Shown: positions 10,581-21,379 of the stretch, in pieces | Position numbering within the stretch: the first letter of the stretch is position 1 | Layout of the letters: each line of letters starts with the position of its first letter | Assembly (NCBI GenBank): GCA_025603075.1 | Contig: MU626294.1 | Coordinates: 1-64,000, forward strand | Direction: 5' to 3' | Source of the DNA: Neoconidiobolus thromboides FSU 785 | Taxonomy: Eukaryota; Fungi; Entomophthoromycota | DNA length: 64,000 nt | Program-made: the position numbers and the translations under genes | The notes under the pieces: generated by a model | What the model was told of the DNA's origin: nothing | The model's database searches: none | The model's input: only the letters and a program-made list of their open reading frames with translations

Positions 10581-11576
10581 TTAAAGTGATAATATCTTTT
10601 TAACCTGAGCTAAAATAGATGCATTGATGAATAGAGTAACCATAGGAGATAATACTTTATGGATCATGATAGCAGAAACTACCCAAAAGTCAACAGTGTC
10701 GCTACGTGGAGTATCAGTAATTAATTCGTAAATCATTGTAACACCATAGGGTAAGAAGGATAGAATAAATATTAAGCAGTACATGATTGAGCGAAATGCT
10801 ACTGCCCTATATTTTTCTAAACTTGGATTAACTGCTAAATTTTCTTTTTCACTAATTGCCTGATAGCTAGATTTTTCATCACTCATATCAACTAAATAAC
10901 TTTGTGAAGATTCGTTTACTCGTCTCATAATATTATAAAATTGCCTGGAGATAGAGTAATAAAAGTAAACAGCCAGCACAGTTGGTATTAATATAACTGC
11001 GATTGTAATAAAATAATATCCTTTCAGTAAGGGATCATCCGGTTTGTAAGCCAAGTAACAATATCCTGCAGATGGCATTAAATCAAATCTATTAGTTACT
11101 GCGATCAAAATTCCTGCAAATAGTGGCAAAATCCATTGGGTCAATTGTAGTAAAAGTACGCCTCTCTTGGAAATGTTCTCTCCTTTTACGATTGTATAAT
11201 ATCTCCAGAATGCACATACCAAAGCTGAGTATAACCAGGTTATTTTACAGATTGCTGAAATTGCTGCTTCAACTTTGCATGCGGTCATATTTAGCACCAT
11301 ATAATTAGTTGATAGTTTGACAGATACCCATATGATTGTCCATGTTGCATAAATAACATCAATGATAGCTATTTGCATTACTATCATATTATCAGTAGTT
11401 TGCATCCTTTTATAAACTAGTACAGAAATCAATATTAACAAACTTGGTATTAATGATAATACGTTAGTTACTATGAATACATAGCTTACTCCTTGAGCCT
11501 GCCAACTATTAAATTTACTGAAAGGAAATGTCTCTAAATTTATTTGACTTGGATACAAAAATGAACTAGTAGTCAT
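10581..11576 (-). CDS. Class A (rhodopsin-like) 7TM GPCR 1
   Basis: Seven hydrophobic segments; TM1 Asn, TM2 AIID, TM3 Cys with Arg 25 residues later (FWRY), ECL2 MPSAGYC, TM6 FLP, TM7 SPMVT. Confidence 0.85.
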   Translation of the reverse strand: MTTSSFLYPSQINLETFPFSKFNSWQAQGVSYVFIVTNVLSLIPSLLILISVLVYKRMQTTDNMIVMQIAIIDVIYATWTIIWVSVKLSTNYMVLNMTACKVEAAISAICKITWLYSALVCAFWRYYTIVKGENISKRGVLLLQLTQWILPLFAGILIAVTNRFDLMPSAGYCYLAYKPDDPLLKGYYFITIAVILIPTVLAVYFYYSISRQFYNIMRRVNESSQSYLVDMSDEKSSYQAISEKENLAVNPSLEKYRAVAFRSIMYCLIFILSFLPYGVTMIYELITDTPRSDTVDFWVVSAIMIHKVLSPMVTLFINASILAQVKKILSL

Positions 11577-13190
11577 CTTATTTATTTCTTGTTGTAAACT
11601 TGATATTAACTTATAAGCGCTTTAATTAAAATAAATAAAAATATTTTTAAATGATTGTTTCAATCCAACTATTTATATTATTTTTGTAACTATCTTATTA
11701 ACCCTCCACTTTACCTCTTACTTTAGTAACTCTAAAATTTATTCTTGCTTCCTAGGCTTCGAACCTCTCATTTTATTTTTAAGCCTAGCTGATTCATATT
11801 ATTTTTTTCATGGGTACCTTAATCATGATATTATATATTCTAGCTAATATTCGTATGTTGTGTTTCAAGATATTCGTACCCGGTAGTAATACTAAGTTAA
11901 TACCAATATATTTATTATTTTATAATTCTAAATTTCATAAACAAATATCCCTATTTCTAATTTACTATTTTTGGAAATTATGAACTCATAATTAAAAATC
12001 AAAAGTTTATTAAATTTTTAAATGAAGATTATATACTCTAATTTAATTGACTTAGCCTTTGTCTTACATTGTTTATTCTACAATATTAAATAGATACATT
12101 TCGAAAGTTATTATTTTATTAAGGCTGTTTAATAAATTATTAGAAACCAACTTTAATTTACATTTACTGTTGAATATGACAGGATTATAGATTCTCATTT
12201 TTCTTACTTAATTATGTAATTGAATTTATAGACTAAATAAGATATCTTTATATGTTTTGTTACAATAAAAATTAATATTATAGTTAAATAAAGCATATCA
12301 TGGCTTTAAAATCGTGACTCTTAAGTTGTATATTTGTGTTGAGACTTTAGTACTTTAAATAAGGTAATCTTTATTTTTTAACATGTTTTTAATAAAACCT
12401 AAAACTATTCTATAGTAAAAATAGCTTAAATTCGTCTTTAAACTCCCAACTACTTTAAAACTAAATTCCAGTTTTAGTATATTTACATGAAAATTTTATA
12501 ATAAGAGGGTTTATTATCCATAAAATACTTCTGTACTATATAGTATTTTAAATATCTCAATCCTATATCAAATACTATGCTATGAGAGGATTCTAATTTT
12601 ATGTATTCTTGAGTTCAATGATTAAAAGTCCGCTTACTTCAATAGAGCAGACCACTCTTCTACTAACTATTGTATTCAAAAGCAATGAACTGAACAAAAA
12701 GCTGGACAATACCTTGTTTTTTTAGCTTGTTAACATCATTTAATATTTAAATAAAAAATCAAAATGAAATATGTTAACTAATGCTTTTTTATCTTAATTC
12801 TTTAAATATGCCTAATGCATCTAACTATTTTTCATTTAATTTAACTTTACAACCCCTTTATTTTAGCTTATAGCTTTTATTTTTAAACAAAGTTTTAAAG
12901 CCATTAGTCAGTTTGTAAATATCGAGCAATAAATAACTTGTAAAATATACTATGTTATTTATAAAGGTTATTTGTTGATTTGATTGACGTGTCTTTATTT
13001 TAAATACATGTCAGTGTAGAGCAAAATCTTATATAAAAATAAACAAATGATAAATCAATTAAAGCATGTAATCAAAGCAATAGCAAAATACAGTTTAGAA
13101 TAAGGAAAGTTGAAACAAGCTACACTTTAATGTACCAATTTAAGGGACTCATCTGTTATTTTAAGTTTAAATGATGCTTTTTTCATAATT

Positions 13191-13285
13191 GGAAATATTT
13201 TTTGGCTTTATCACTTTTTCTATCTTTTAAGTGCTATTCGAGTGGAAAAGGGTAGTAAAATTGTTAAACACAAAAATACATCTCC
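13191..13285 (+). mobile_element. MITE family copy 4
   Basis: Consensus match; flanked by AATT (13187-13190) and ATAT (13286-13289). Confidence 0.85.
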
Positions 13286-13289
13286 ATAT

Positions 13290-13388
13290 GGGGATGTATT
13301 TTTGTGTTTAACAATTTTACTAACAAATTTTCCACTTAAATAGTGTTTAAAAAACGGAAAAAGTAATGAAGTCAAAACAAACGCTCCC
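13290..13388 (-). mobile_element. MITE family copy 5
   Basis: Reverse consensus match; ATAT on both sides; forms a ~200 bp palindrome with copy 4. Confidence 0.9.
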
Positions 13389-13489
13389 ATATGTTTAAAT
13401 GATTTTAAAGTAAAAAAACTCTCTTTATATTAAAATTTGGATTTATTGAAAAAAAATCAGTGATCAATAAATTATATATCGAATTATAC

Positions 13490-13813
13490 TTAAATAATAC
13501 CACCCAAAAGACTGGATAGACCTAATCCAGATAATAAACCACTATTAGATGGACCTTTTTCTGTATACTGCATCCCCTCCTTTGTATCAGCCTCTTTGTT
13601 ATATCCATCTAAAATAGATAAGAAGCTTTGACCTTTTAAAATAGACAGGGCTTGAGGAATCAAGGATATACCAAACCCAGGGTTGTTTTTTCCTCCAGGT
13701 AAATGCCCATGTTCTTGGTGGGTTTCAATAAAGGATTTACGGCGTTCTAGTTGAACTTCACCAGGCATTATCCCACTAACAAGTATGACTGTTATCAGAT
13801 TTATGACTTTCAT
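13490..13813 (-). CDS. Small secreted precursor, family B (copy B')
   Basis: 107 aa paralog of 6505-6822, near-identical core QLERRKSFIETHQEHGHLPGGKNNPGFGISLIPQ. Confidence 0.85.
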   Translation of the reverse strand: MKVINLITVILVSGIMPGEVQLERRKSFIETHQEHGHLPGGKNNPGFGISLIPQALSILKGQSFLSILDGYNKEADTKEGMQYTEKGPSNSGLLSGLGLSSLLGGII

Positions 13814-14583
13814 TTAAGTTAATATTTGACAATATGTTTAAATAAAATTCTTACCATTCATATTCTCTATTGCTTATATAGTTTTCATTATTTAAATATT
13901 TAGTTTTAGTTAAGTTTTAAAGCTATTATTTATTGTTTTTTAATTTTTCTCTGATACCTTTCATACCATAATGTTTGAACCTGGTAGGGCATCTCAGCTA
14001 CTGCCTCTTATATAAATGATTTTGGGAACAGGAACCCTTAGTTTACTCCTCTAAATCCATACAACTATATCACTTTTAGTTTTAGTGGTTGTTGATCTAT
14101 AAAGAAGAAATGTAAAAGGTTTTTTAATTTGGAAATTTTTTTAATATAGCTGTAAATATTTAAATGTTATTTTGGTTTAGCTGTAGTATACTATGCCATT
14201 GATTTATCATATCAAGCATTTTTGATGTCAGACACTTTCTAGTCATTTAGATATAACTGCTGTAATTATATTGTGACTTAATTAACTGTTTGTTTAAGAA
14301 TATAAATTTACTAAAAATTTTGATGAATCTTGGTGATTAGGCTTAAAGAAATGAACTATACAAATAAATGCTTCCAAAAAATACCACTAATTAGGTAGAA
14401 ATAGATCCGCAATAGGTGTGTTAATTTATTTATCATTATTTACCATAATTAACCTCGGTCCTTTGGCTACAACTAGTATATTAATAATGTATAATATTCA
14501 GCCCATCTAAAATTAATCAATGTAATAACATTTTAATTAAATTAAGCTAAATAATACTTAATGCGAGTTAATTGAGTTTTAGC

Positions 14584-14610
14584 TTAATTAACTTAATTAA
14601 CTTAATTAAC
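14584..14610. repeat. (TTAATTAAC)x3 tandem repeat
   Basis: Three perfect 9-mers in the divergent promoter between B' and A'. Confidence 0.9.
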
Positions 14611-14736
14611 AACAAAAATGGATAAAAATACAAAATATCAGTATATCTGGTAGATAATTAGGAGAACAGAGGGAAAGGGGAGTAAAAAGGTATGCTTATC
14701 GTAATTTATTAAACAAAAAGAAAAGAAGAAAAGTAG

Positions 14737-14744
14737 TATATAAA
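14737..14744 (+). promoter_or_regulatory. Putative TATA box of gene A'
   Basis: TATATAAA about 78 nt upstream of ATG 14822. Confidence 0.5.
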
Positions 14745-14821
14745 TAATTGTTTATCGGGATTAAAATTCAAAAACATACAAATAACTTAATTTACTACCA
14801 TTACTATCCTTAATAATAACA

Positions 14822-15067
14822 ATGAAATTAAACTTTATTTTATTTCTTGCTGTAAGTTCAATTAGCAGTATGCCTATGGCCAGAAGAGATGGTGGAGACG
14901 ATCTTCTTGGAGGATTATTAGGCGGTATATTAGGAGGAGGAGGAGGAGGAGGAGACTTGTTAGGAGGTTTATTAGGAGGCGGAGGTAGCAGTGAGGGTTC
15001 TGGTGGTATGCTTTCTAACATACCAGTTGCTGGAGGTCTCTTATCTGGACTTGGACTTGGACTTTAG
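14822..15067 (+). CDS. Small secreted Gly/Leu-rich precursor, family A (copy A')
   Basis: 81 aa paralog of 4681-4989 with the same MKLNFILFLA start and IPVAGGLLSGLGLGL end. Confidence 0.85.
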   Translation: MKLNFILFLAVSSISSMPMARRDGGDDLLGGLLGGILGGGGGGGDLLGGLLGGGGSSEGSGGMLSNIPVAGGLLSGLGLGL

Positions 15068-15443
15068 ATAAGTTTAATTCTTTTTATTAAACCAGCTTCC
15101 ATACTTTCAAAGTTAACATTTAATAAATAAAACGGAATATAAAATGTAATATCTCGATTTTGTTATCATTTTAAATTTTTTATAATTAAACAACCTTTAA
15201 GTATTATCAAATTTTAAGTATCACTAATTGATGTTAAAAATAACATTTTATATTATAGATAAGTTCTTGTAATTAAATCCGTTTCTTTTTGTTAAGTGCT
15301 ACAAATAGGATAATCATTGATCTATAAAATAAAATATTTTTTTAAAGAGACATGTAGTAAGTACTACCATGTCATTCTAAAGCTAAGCCTATAGCTATAA
15401 AGGCTTAATTATGCGAATTTTTAAGTGAATTTTTTTTAAATAC

Positions 15444-15542
15444 AGAGATGTTTTTCTCGGTTTTATCACTTTCTCCATTTTTTAAGCACTATTTGAGCGG
15501 AAAGATTGTTGATAAAATTCTTAAACAAAAAAGTACATCCCC
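15444..15542 (+). mobile_element. MITE family copy 6
   Basis: Consensus match; flanks ambiguous (ATAC/TATA), so the TSD is not clean. Confidence 0.8.
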
Positions 15543-15958
15543 TATAATGTTTAGAAAAAGCATCAAAAATACAGAATCGTAATTTGAAGTATGAATATTA
15601 ATACTATAGTATTAATATAATAGCTTATTTTAGTTATATTATGTTGTTGTTTTAACCTTATTAAAATCGTCGGACATAAAGTTTATTACTTTGCTTATCA
15701 TAAAATAGTCTTATAGTATTTAGGTATGTAATTCGCGCATATCTTATTGTCCAAATAATTGAAATCGTAAATCACAATATTACTTATCATATCAAACACT
15801 GCTATTTTAAATACCTCTATGTCGACAGCAATGATGTTTTAATAAGCTAGTACCCAACGCTCCTTAATTTCTAAAATACGCAAATTAAATTGCATAAAAT
15901 GAGGCTACGCATTCATAGTGATATATTTTATGAAACACTAACTTTTTTAATTGTGACT

Positions 15959-16846
15959 ATGAAATTAAAATTAAAATCACCTAAGAAAAGGGAGAGAGAA
16001 CGAAAAGAGGAGAGTCATAAAAAGCCGAAAAGCAACTATTATACGGACAACTATCAATTTGATGAAGATTATAACAGAGCCAGTTTAGATCAAGATTTAA
16101 AAGAAAGAGAGTGGCAAGATCACTTAATGGATACTCTTGGTGAAGAAGAGCCAGATTTTTGGCACCATAGGTTTCAACAAACTTACCATGACCAAAAAAA
16201 TAAAGACCAGTTAATGGATATGGACGAAGAAGAGTATAGAAGATATATAATTGACGGTATGCGAAGGAAAAGGGAAAAATATACTGAGGGAGCTAGATCA
16301 CGTTCTAAAGTGGAGGATAATAGGCATAAAGATAAAGATAAAGATAAAGATAGAGAAAATAAAAAGAAGAAGAAAAGAAATTCCGCCAAAAAAGAAGAAT
16401 CTAAAGCAAACAATACTAAAGAAAGGCTATATTACTTCAAAGAATGGACAGATATTATCAATAATAACTCTTATTTACAAAACTGTGATAAGAAAATAGA
16501 GGGTTTCCAAATATACAATATACCCTGGCCCTTTAGAAAAGAAATAATTACGTCAACCCTAACTTTGGATGAGGACAATCCAGAGTTTTCAAAATATATT
16601 AACAAATCTACCATAACAAGCTATTTAAATGTTGACCTAAAGGTGGATTTAGATAAGAGCAAAATCATTCTAAAACGAGAATTGTTAAAATTTCACCCGG
16701 ATAAATTTTCTAACTTTGCAATTTTGCCTAAATTAGATTGTATCAACACCACTGACTCAGCTGTAACTAAAAAACAGATCAAAATTGCACACCACCTTGT
16801 TAACTATTTATCAATGTTGTTTCAAGAACTTTGGAGGGATCTTTAA
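15959..16846 (+). CDS. NFKBIL1-like protein with C-terminal J-domain-like HPDKF motif
   Basis: Lys/Arg-rich N-terminus, MDEEEY..YI..GM, IPWP and LKFHPDKF motifs as I recall them from fungal NF-kappa-B inhibitor-like protein 1 homologs. Start uncertain (15899 or 15959). Confidence 0.6.
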   Translation: MKLKLKSPKKRERERKEESHKKPKSNYYTDNYQFDEDYNRASLDQDLKEREWQDHLMDTLGEEEPDFWHHRFQQTYHDQKNKDQLMDMDEEEYRRYIIDGMRRKREKYTEGARSRSKVEDNRHKDKDKDKDRENKKKKKRNSAKKEESKANNTKERLYYFKEWTDIINNNSYLQNCDKKIEGFQIYNIPWPFRKEIITSTLTLDEDNPEFSKYINKSTITSYLNVDLKVDLDKSKIILKRELLKFHPDKFSNFAILPKLDCINTTDSAVTKKQIKIAHHLVNYLSMLFQELWRDL

Positions 16847-17155
16847 TTAAACGAGATACAAATTGGTTCCAATCAGGACTTTTGTTCAAGTATATCTTTA
16901 TTTTCAACGTTTGATGTATGGATTTAGCCTTTTTTACTACTATTTTATATTGTATATTAGTTTCGATCTACTAATTTTTTTAGTTAGTATTTAAGATGAC
17001 GTCTTATATAAAGTTACCTGAACTTTATTATCAAAGTTATATTGATATAAGTTAGCTTACCTTTAATGACGAAAAAAGGTTTATAAAGAGATAAATCAAA
17101 CTAGGTTATACATATACAAATAACCAGAAAAGCAAGTAATTTACTGAAATGTGAG

Positions 17156-18448
17156 TTAACGAAGGAAAAGGTTATTTTGGAGTTTAGATAGTTCAGTATC
17201 GCAATCAATTAATCTAAATACCATTGAACCAAGTTTAAGTCTTAATTTAGGCCCCAAAGTAAGATATAATCCATTGATATTATTTTCTAAGCTACAATCA
17301 AAAAGGGACAGTTTTTGCAAGAGGTAACACGAATTCAGAATGAACTTGAAAAATGCAGCTCCAAGGACAAAACCGGTAAGTTCTAAGGTAATAATCGACG
17401 ATTTTGAGGTTGGGTAAATCGAATCTAATAGTAAAACGTAATTTGAACATTTAGATTCTAAATGTAGATAGGTTAAATTAGGTAGTTTAAGTATAGAGTA
17501 TAACTGCTGCGAAGTTAAATTAAAACATTCAATTAAAGTTAACTTTCTTAAATACTGAAAAGAAGAATCACTAAGTTCAATATAATTAATATTCATGCCC
17601 AAAAAATATAGGGAAGTTATTTTTGAAGAACCAACTAGGATTAAAGGGGTGCAATAAATACATTCTATCCTATTTAATTTAGGAAAATTTTCAAGCTCAA
17701 AATATAGTTCATCAAAACCACGAACCATAAAGCCTTTGAAAGTTAAACTTTCTAAGTCTTCAAATAAGTTTGATTGTAAATATAAAAAATTCTCAAAGGT
17801 ATAAAGTTTAAAGCCTAATCTTAAATGTTTGAGTTTAGGAACTTTACAAAACACTTTTTCAAAATAAGGTAATTGATAGCCACTATCTGTCAACGCAACT
17901 GAGCTTAAAGTTGGTGGAAGCAAATTAATAACTTCTAAAACTGGACCTGAATTTACTTCTGGTAACGTTATACTTTTTAAGCTATGAAATATTTGGGCCA
18001 GATCGATATTGTTTTGAAATAAAAAGGTTTTTGTAGGTATTCTTTGGATATAAAACTGATAAGTTAAGTGGTGTAAACTCAAATCAAACTTACTATGAAT
18101 AGCTAATAGGTAAGTGTGTAAAGTGGCTGAGATTGATTTTAAATTTGGATGCTTAAAACTATTAAGGGCTGGATATCCATAAATATCTGTAGTTAAGTGC
18201 TTAATAAAATGACCATATTTTTTTATTGTTTTTAATTTTTGCTTTTGCATTTTAAATGATAATCCAATGTCTGTAGATTCCCAAACTAAAGGTAATAATA
18301 GTGATCGCCATTCTTTACAAACTCTTAGAAACAAAGATTGTTGATATAACGAAAAATGACTAAGTATGAATCTTAAATTAGACTCTGATAAACCTTTTAA
18401 TTTAAATGTGTTAGAATTGTTTAAATATCCATGAGCTTCGGCTAACAT
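17156..18448 (-). CDS. F-box plus leucine-rich repeat protein
   Basis: N-terminal LRFILSHFS..LFLRVCKEWRSLL F-box-like segment followed by LxxLxL repeats. Confidence 0.75.
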   Translation of the reverse strand: MLAEAHGYLNNSNTFKLKGLSESNLRFILSHFSLYQQSLFLRVCKEWRSLLLPLVWESTDIGLSFKMQKQKLKTIKKYGHFIKHLTTDIYGYPALNSFKHPNLKSISATLHTYLLAIHSKFDLSLHHLTYQFYIQRIPTKTFLFQNNIDLAQIFHSLKSITLPEVNSGPVLEVINLLPPTLSSVALTDSGYQLPYFEKVFCKVPKLKHLRLGFKLYTFENFLYLQSNLFEDLESLTFKGFMVRGFDELYFELENFPKLNRIECIYCTPLILVGSSKITSLYFLGMNINYIELSDSSFQYLRKLTLIECFNLTSQQLYSILKLPNLTYLHLESKCSNYVLLLDSIYPTSKSSIITLELTGFVLGAAFFKFILNSCYLLQKLSLFDCSLENNINGLYLTLGPKLRLKLGSMVFRLIDCDTELSKLQNNLFLR

Positions 18449-19416
18449 TATGGTTGATTTTTTATCAAAAAATGGTTTGTTTAATTTAAAGTTGCGTAAT
18501 TTATTCTAGAAAAAAGTTCCAAAATTTGAGAAAGTAATGAGGTGAAAGAGAAGCACTGATATAATAGATGAAGAAGCAAATAGGGTATTGGAAGCAAGGC
18601 AGTTTTATTGTTTTCGGGATCTTCAAAAAACATGTTGTAAAAACTACACTAAAGTACTTAATACGAATCTAGTACAATTGTGTTCGAGTTAACATTGAAA
18701 TGCATTTTGATTCATATTTAATAAAAACTTATATAAAAGAGTTAAGGAATGTTAGATTTTGAAAAGAAAGAATGAGATAAATAAAATAGTATTATTATTA
18801 TTTATGTGTATATACTGCGCTAAAATTAGAATTGTTAACCCCAGAGAACAGCCATTTTATCATCACAGTTATTAAAGCTAAAACAACAAGATTTAATCTA
18901 TTATTTGATTCAATATAGCTTGATTTAAAATATAAAATGGGATTTATTTATGAACATTTAGTTTAAATAAACATCAAATAGATGGATATAAAGCGGAGAT
19001 AATAAAAACTATAAAAAATCAATGTATAAAAATATAACACAATATATTCATTAACTATGACATGAATTGTACTAAGCAGAAATTAATATTGTTATCATAA
19101 TAGTAATACTCTGATAGCAAAATAGCTTTTAACTCACTGCTGTTGGTTTTATAAAGGATTTTATTATTAGCTATAGAGTCATCACTTCGTAATTTATCTT
19201 TGTATACTGTTTAATTTATGGGAAACTTAACTTAAGTTGCCCATTATTTGTTTATTTAATGGTCTTATTACTATACTACTATATAAAATCACTAATGCAT
19301 TTTTAATGATCTTTATTTTTTATTAGCATTTTATAATAAAGTTGCCTGTAAAATAGTTTAAAATATAGCATATAGAATTTAAATATTGAATTCCTTTCTC
19401 TTTATCATATTTATAA

Positions 19417-20280
19417 ACGTCGTTAAAATTTGATTTATTACTTGGTCTTCTATGAGAAGATACGCTCAACTTATTGGATCCAATTAAACTGCTTGAGTTG
19501 CGCTTTTCGAGCAAATGTTTGTTCAAAGTTGTAAGTAGGGGTATAAGGTATAGTTTGGCTTATTCACCTTACAATCAAGAGGAACTTGAAGGATATTATT
19601 ATTACCAAGAAGAGCTTATTAAGGAAAATGTAACTTTAATAAAGCATATAGATTCAAAAGATAAAAATCTAGAATATTTAGGTTATTGCCCAAATACAAG
19701 GTATATATGGGAGTGTCTTTTTTAACTTCATTATTTTTTCCATTTTTTAAGTGCTATTTAAGCGGAAAATTTGTTAGCAAAATTCTTAAACACAAAAATA
19801 TATCACCATATGATATAAATATGTCAAATATAAGGATAGTTATAGTGGCAATGTTTGGTATGAGTATAATAATGATGACTGAGATTATTACGATGACAAC
19901 ACTATTGCTATAGAATTTGATCTACCAAAGTTAAAAAAACCAGTTTTGGATCATACTACTTGTGAACCAGGGCCAATGCTTTTTGAAAAATACATAAAAC
20001 AAGCTAATCAATTTGAGTTTATTAAAGATAGTATCTATTAAAAATTCTATTATCTAAATTTATATAAATTAAATTCGCTCAATATATATGTTAGAAATAG
20101 ATAGGATTTGGATGGATCAGGCATTGTCAAAACTAAATCTAGATTAAAGTCATCAAATTTAGAATCTGATTTCTATTATGTCTCTAATATTCACAACGAT
20201 ATATAATTTACCTTATCTTAAAATCGAAAATATATGGAGACTTTAATGTTAGTTTTTAATAGATTGGTGATTTAGAGCAG
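19417..20280 (+). pseudogene. Decayed gene (possibly F-box-like N-terminus) interrupted by a MITE
   Basis: Removing the MITE plus one ATAT (103 nt) joins 19417-19708 and 19812 onward into one frame with scattered stops; the N-terminus LL*EDTLNLLDPIKLLELRFSSKCLFK is F-box-like. Confidence 0.55.
19709..19807 (+). mobile_element. MITE family copy 7
   Basis: Consensus match; ATAT at 19705-19708 and 19808-19811. Confidence 0.9.
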
Positions 20281-20999
20281 CTAAAAATATAAAAGTCATA
20301 GGCTGTAAGTTTTATTTTAGGTTTGATAAGGCTAATCATAATAAGACTAAATCAACTAAATGTAGTAATACAACTAGTTTATCCTATTACTATTACTCAA
20401 CTGAAGATAAATGTTTGAGGTTATCAGTATTAAAAGCAATACACGTTCACAAGTTTTCAAAAAGTTCATTGAATTCAATATCTTTATTATCAAATATTCA
20501 AACTGTTTATTTCAACCTTTGGTTACAAAAAAATGTTCACTAAACTTTACTTAAGCAGTATTGACTTAGATGGTGAAGAGTATGGCTGAATCAAATGCAG
20601 ATTCATAAAAAAAATTAAAATTACTGTGATGCTAAATACCAGTCATTTATCTCTTTTTTATCTCTTTTTCTAAACTTCGAAATAATCAAAATTAGTGACT
20701 TTAAATCGACATGTACAAATATAAGTATAAAACATAAACTCATCACTCCTTCGTTATTGGTTGCTTCTACTTCATCTAATATGAGTAGAGTGCTATGTAA
20801 CAAGTTGGAAAACGCTCCGATGTTATATTAGTTAAAACTTTGATAAGTCGCTAATCTGTATAATATATATAGTAACAACAACAAAGCTTTTATAGTTTTG
20901 TTTTTTATTTGTTTTTTTAGTGAAATATTAAAACTGATTTTCTAAAAAATAAAATAAACAGTTTAGTAGTTTTGACAACACTTTTGTAAATTTTAACAT

Positions 21000-21096
21000 G
21001 GGAATGTTTTTGGGTTCATTACTTTTCCATCTTTTAGGTGCTATTTGTGTGGGAAAACTGTTAGTAAAATTCTTAAATACAAAAAAACATCCCTAC
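21000..21096 (+). mobile_element. MITE family copy 8
   Basis: Consensus match; flanks ACAT / ATAT. Confidence 0.8.
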
Positions 21097-21379
21097 ATAT
21101 AAATTTTGAATATTAAAGAAGTTTACGAAAATCGATAATTTATTTTTAAGTAAACTGGATTACAGCAAACTTACAACCAAATAATAATATCTATTATTGA
21201 ATAATACTATATTCTCAACTGTTTGTCAGCTACTTGAGCCCATAATATATATTTATAATATTTTAGACCTTTCAATACGACCTTTGCATCAAGTATAACT
21301 AAATTTTTTTTTGTTATGATGGAAATTTGAAAATAATTGTAAAAAATAAAGTCCCAAGCTTCGCTCTCATTTATGGAGG

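Noticed and set aside
11740-11790. tRNA suggested by minus-strand GGTTCGAAGCCT
   Set aside because: No acceptor, D or anticodon stems can be formed; surroundings are very AT-rich.
13250-13325. Gene conversion homogenising the inner palindrome arms
   Set aside because: This end of the element is well conserved in isolated copies too, so no special mechanism is needed.
19417-20041. UGA=Trp (code 4) foreign gene from mitochondrion or Mollicutes
   Set aside because: The same frame continues past 20041 with TAA and TAG stops, and neighbouring genes use TGA as stop; pseudogene decay is simpler.
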